This document shows, one piece after another, positions 36,008 through 37,741 of a stretch of DNA of 37,741 nt. Source of the stretch: Candidatus Liptonbacteria bacterium (GTDB taxonomy: Bacteria > Patescibacteriota > Minisyncoccia > UBA6257 > Colwellbacteraceae); contig JAHXGO010000002.1 of the NCBI GenBank assembly GCA_019923695.1, forward strand, positions 1 to 37,741, read 5' to 3'. The notes under the pieces were generated by a model. The model was not told the origin of the DNA. It was given only the letters and a program-made list of their open reading frames with translations, and did not search any database. Position 1 is the stretch's first letter; every line of letters starts with the position of its first letter. The position numbers and the translations under genes are program-made.

Positions 36008-36035
36008 TTGACTTTCAACCGTTTTTTAGTATACT
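36008..36035 (+). promoter_or_regulatory. sigma70 promoter for rplJ-rplL
   Basis: TTGACT-N16-TATACT. Confidence 0.65.
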
Positions 36036-36043
36036 TAATAAAA

Positions 36044-36176
36044 GTCCGCAGACAGCAGGTCTACCCTGTAAAATTATTTAACAGGGTAACAAATCCTACC
36101 GAGGACAGCAAAATGCTTTTTTGTTTGCGGATTTATATTTAGGGCTGTTTTACGGTCATAAGATAAATCCGTTTTT
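36044..36176 (+). ncRNA. L10 leader (autoregulatory RNA) with downstream attenuator-like hairpin
   Basis: gtccgcagacagcaggt...ttaa...cctaccgaggac resembles the L10-leader core; hairpin cggatttat/ataaatccg plus T-run before rplJ. Confidence 0.75.
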
Positions 36177-36190
36177 TATTTTTAAAAAAT

Positions 36191-36670
36191 ATGTTAACTA
36201 AAAAACAAAAAAATAATCTTATTCAAGAAGGGATTGAGGAATTAAAAAAAGGCAAATCTTTAATCTTTATTGATTTTTCCGGGTTAAAAGGAAACGATTT
36301 AGCCAATCTTCGAAATAATTTAAAAGAAATCGAAAGTACAATGAAAGTTATAAAAAAAAGACTTTTAAGAATTATTTTTGAAAGAAAAAGAATTGATTTT
36401 AACCCCGAAATTTTTGAATCCCAGTTAGGCACGATTTTCTCTTCAGCTGAAATTTATTCAGTCGCCGCTGTTGCGGGGAAATTAGAAAATTTAAAAATTT
36501 TAGGAGGATTTGATTTAGAAAAGAAAGAGTTTATCAAAGCTGATTTGGTTATTAAATTAAGTAAGCTTCCTTCAAAAAAAGTTTTACTTGGTCAATTAGT
36601 GGGAACTATTGTTTCCCCTCTTCGCGCTTTTCTTTATGTTTTGACAGAAAGGTCGAAAAAGATTGCTTAA
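36191..36670 (+). CDS. rplJ: 50S ribosomal protein uL10
   Basis: MLTKKQK, IDFSGL...LR, KVIKKRL, LSKLPSKKVL. Confidence 0.94.
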   Translation: MLTKKQKNNLIQEGIEELKKGKSLIFIDFSGLKGNDLANLRNNLKEIESTMKVIKKRLLRIIFERKRIDFNPEIFESQLGTIFSSAEIYSVAAVAGKLENLKILGGFDLEKKEFIKADLVIKLSKLPSKKVLLGQLVGTIVSPLRAFLYVLTERSKKIA

Positions 36671-36702
36671 ATTAAATAAAATTATTTAAACTAAAATTAT
36701 TT

Positions 36703-37065
36703 ATGGATAAATTACAGGATATTATTTCAAAAGTAGAACAACTCAATGTGGCTGAATTAGCCGAACTAGTTAAAATAATGGAAGAAAAATTCGGGGTTTC
36801 GGCGGCTATGCCGATGGCAGTCGCGGGCGGAGCCTCCGGAAGCGTTGAAGAAAAAACATCATTCAGCGTTTTACTTAAATCAACTGGCGAACAGAAAATT
36901 AATGTTATCAAGATTGTTAGGGAGGTCACTGCATTAGGATTAAAAGAAGCAAAAGATTTGGTTGATGCTGCGCCGAAAGTGGTTAAAGAAGAACTAAAAA
37001 AAGAAGAAGCTGAAGAGTTAAAGAAAAAATTTGAGGAAGTCGGAGCAGTTGCAGAAATTCAATAA
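36703..37065 (+). CDS. rplL: 50S ribosomal protein bL12
   Basis: [29 protein letters not shown]. Confidence 0.98.
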   Translation: MDKLQDIISKVEQLNVAELAELVKIMEEKFGVSAAMPMAVAGGASGSVEEKTSFSVLLKSTGEQKINVIKIVREVTALGLKEAKDLVDAAPKVVKEELKKEEAEELKKKFEEVGAVAEIQ

Positions 37066-37080
37066 AATCTTGCATTTCAC

Positions 37081-37138
37081 AAGCGGTTAGCAATTTCTAA
37101 TTTTTTATTTTAAAATTAGACATTGTTAATCGCTTTTT
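37081..37138 (+). terminator. Long hairpin plus U-tract after rplL
   Basis: aagcggttagcaat...attgttaatcgcttttt. Confidence 0.65.
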
Positions 37139-37212
37139 GATTTTTTAAAAACGGTTTATTACAATAACGCAAAGTCTTAATATATCAAGCAGCACCCAGC
37201 TCGATATAATAT

Positions 37213-37287
37213 GGGCAATTAGCTCAGTGGTAGAGCGCTTCGTTCACATCGAAGAGGCTGTTGGTTCGATCCCAACATTGCCCACCA
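37213..37287 (+). tRNA. tRNA-Val(CAC), CCA encoded
   Basis: GGGCAATTAGCTCAGTGGTAGAGCGCTTCGTT-CAC-ATCGAAGAGGCTGTTGGTTCGATCCCAACATTGCCCACCA. Confidence 0.97.
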
Positions 37288-37569
37288 AAACCAGGCGTTC
37301 CGATTTTTTGGGAATCAATCAGTAGAAAATATATATTGCCGTTCATTATATTTTGTTCTAATAAATCCTCGCCACTTGACCTGTATAAATGCGCTTCACA
37401 ATTGACCAAAACGAATTTCATTTTTATACGATTTTAATTTTATATCAAATTTGACTTGCTCAACAAAAAAATTGCGATAATAAAATAATATTTTACATAA
37501 TATTCATATTGAAAACTTAAATAATCACTCTAATACGACAAACCAAAAAATCTTGATTATCCTCAAGTC

Positions 37570-37741
37570 TAACTTTATCGAAAACCAACCTCGATAATTA
37601 CTCCAAAACCAATATATTGACTTACGAAGTCGATATATTGATTATAGCGAGATAACACACAAATTATTGACTTCGTAAGTTAATAGATTATTAAATTTCA
37701 ATAAATATAGCCTTGATAGACAACAAGCTTCGATATAATCT
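37570..37741. repeat. Palindromic-core array, running to the window edge
   Basis: Core pairs at 37570/37591 and 37609/37630 (ccaatatattga-cttacgaag-tcgatatattga), plus further half-sites to 37741. Confidence 0.7.

Noticed and set aside
1073-36929. Other short antisense or nested ORFs in the track (e.g. 1073-1264, 2356-2768, 4812-5102, 16567-16833, 22405-22880, 23803-24693, 28895-29792, 36223-36929)
   Set aside because: They lie opposite or inside well-supported housekeeping genes and show antisense-type composition.
37224-37421. 65-aa minus-strand ORF
   Set aside because: Overlaps tRNA-Val antisense and has no recognisable motif; at most a gene remnant next to the tRNA. No integrase or att duplication is visible.

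Overview
AT-rich bacterial chromosome segment, almost certainly Patescibacteria/CPR (Parcubacteria-like). This is inferred from the missing uL30, the shortened uL15 and uL3, the reduced dcw cluster and the gene order. Standard genetic code: TGA ends recG and rpmF. Most of the window is housekeeping on the minus strand: str-S10-spc ribosomal superoperon to secY-adk-map, mraZ-rsmH-ftsL-ftsI-murF, rpmF-nusB-rnc, murB, rplU and tRNA-Glu. The plus strand carries recG, rplJ-rplL and tRNA-Val. The unexpected content is mostly invisible in the ORF track. (1) A small accessory islet (about 2.6-4.6 kb) holds a decayed IS481-like transposase, a 5'-truncated HExxH protein and an unannotated GC-rich 47-aa six-Cys RiPP-precursor-like ORF. 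(2) An 18-bp quasi-palindromic repeat has inserted in frame, as 2-4 tandem units, into six essential genes (murF, rpsC, rplW, rplD twice, fusA, rnc) in three different reading frames, and also lies in two spacers. (3) A second repeat family of 12-bp palindromic cores is arrayed at 21/24-bp period in many spacers and inside the uL5 N-terminus. (4) RecG carries an inverted-repeat-flanked, catalytically degenerate GxxExxY nuclease domain between helicase motifs II and III. (5) A 160-170-bp hairpin element occurs twice, 28 kb apart. All alignments and coordinates were read by eye; no database searches were run.
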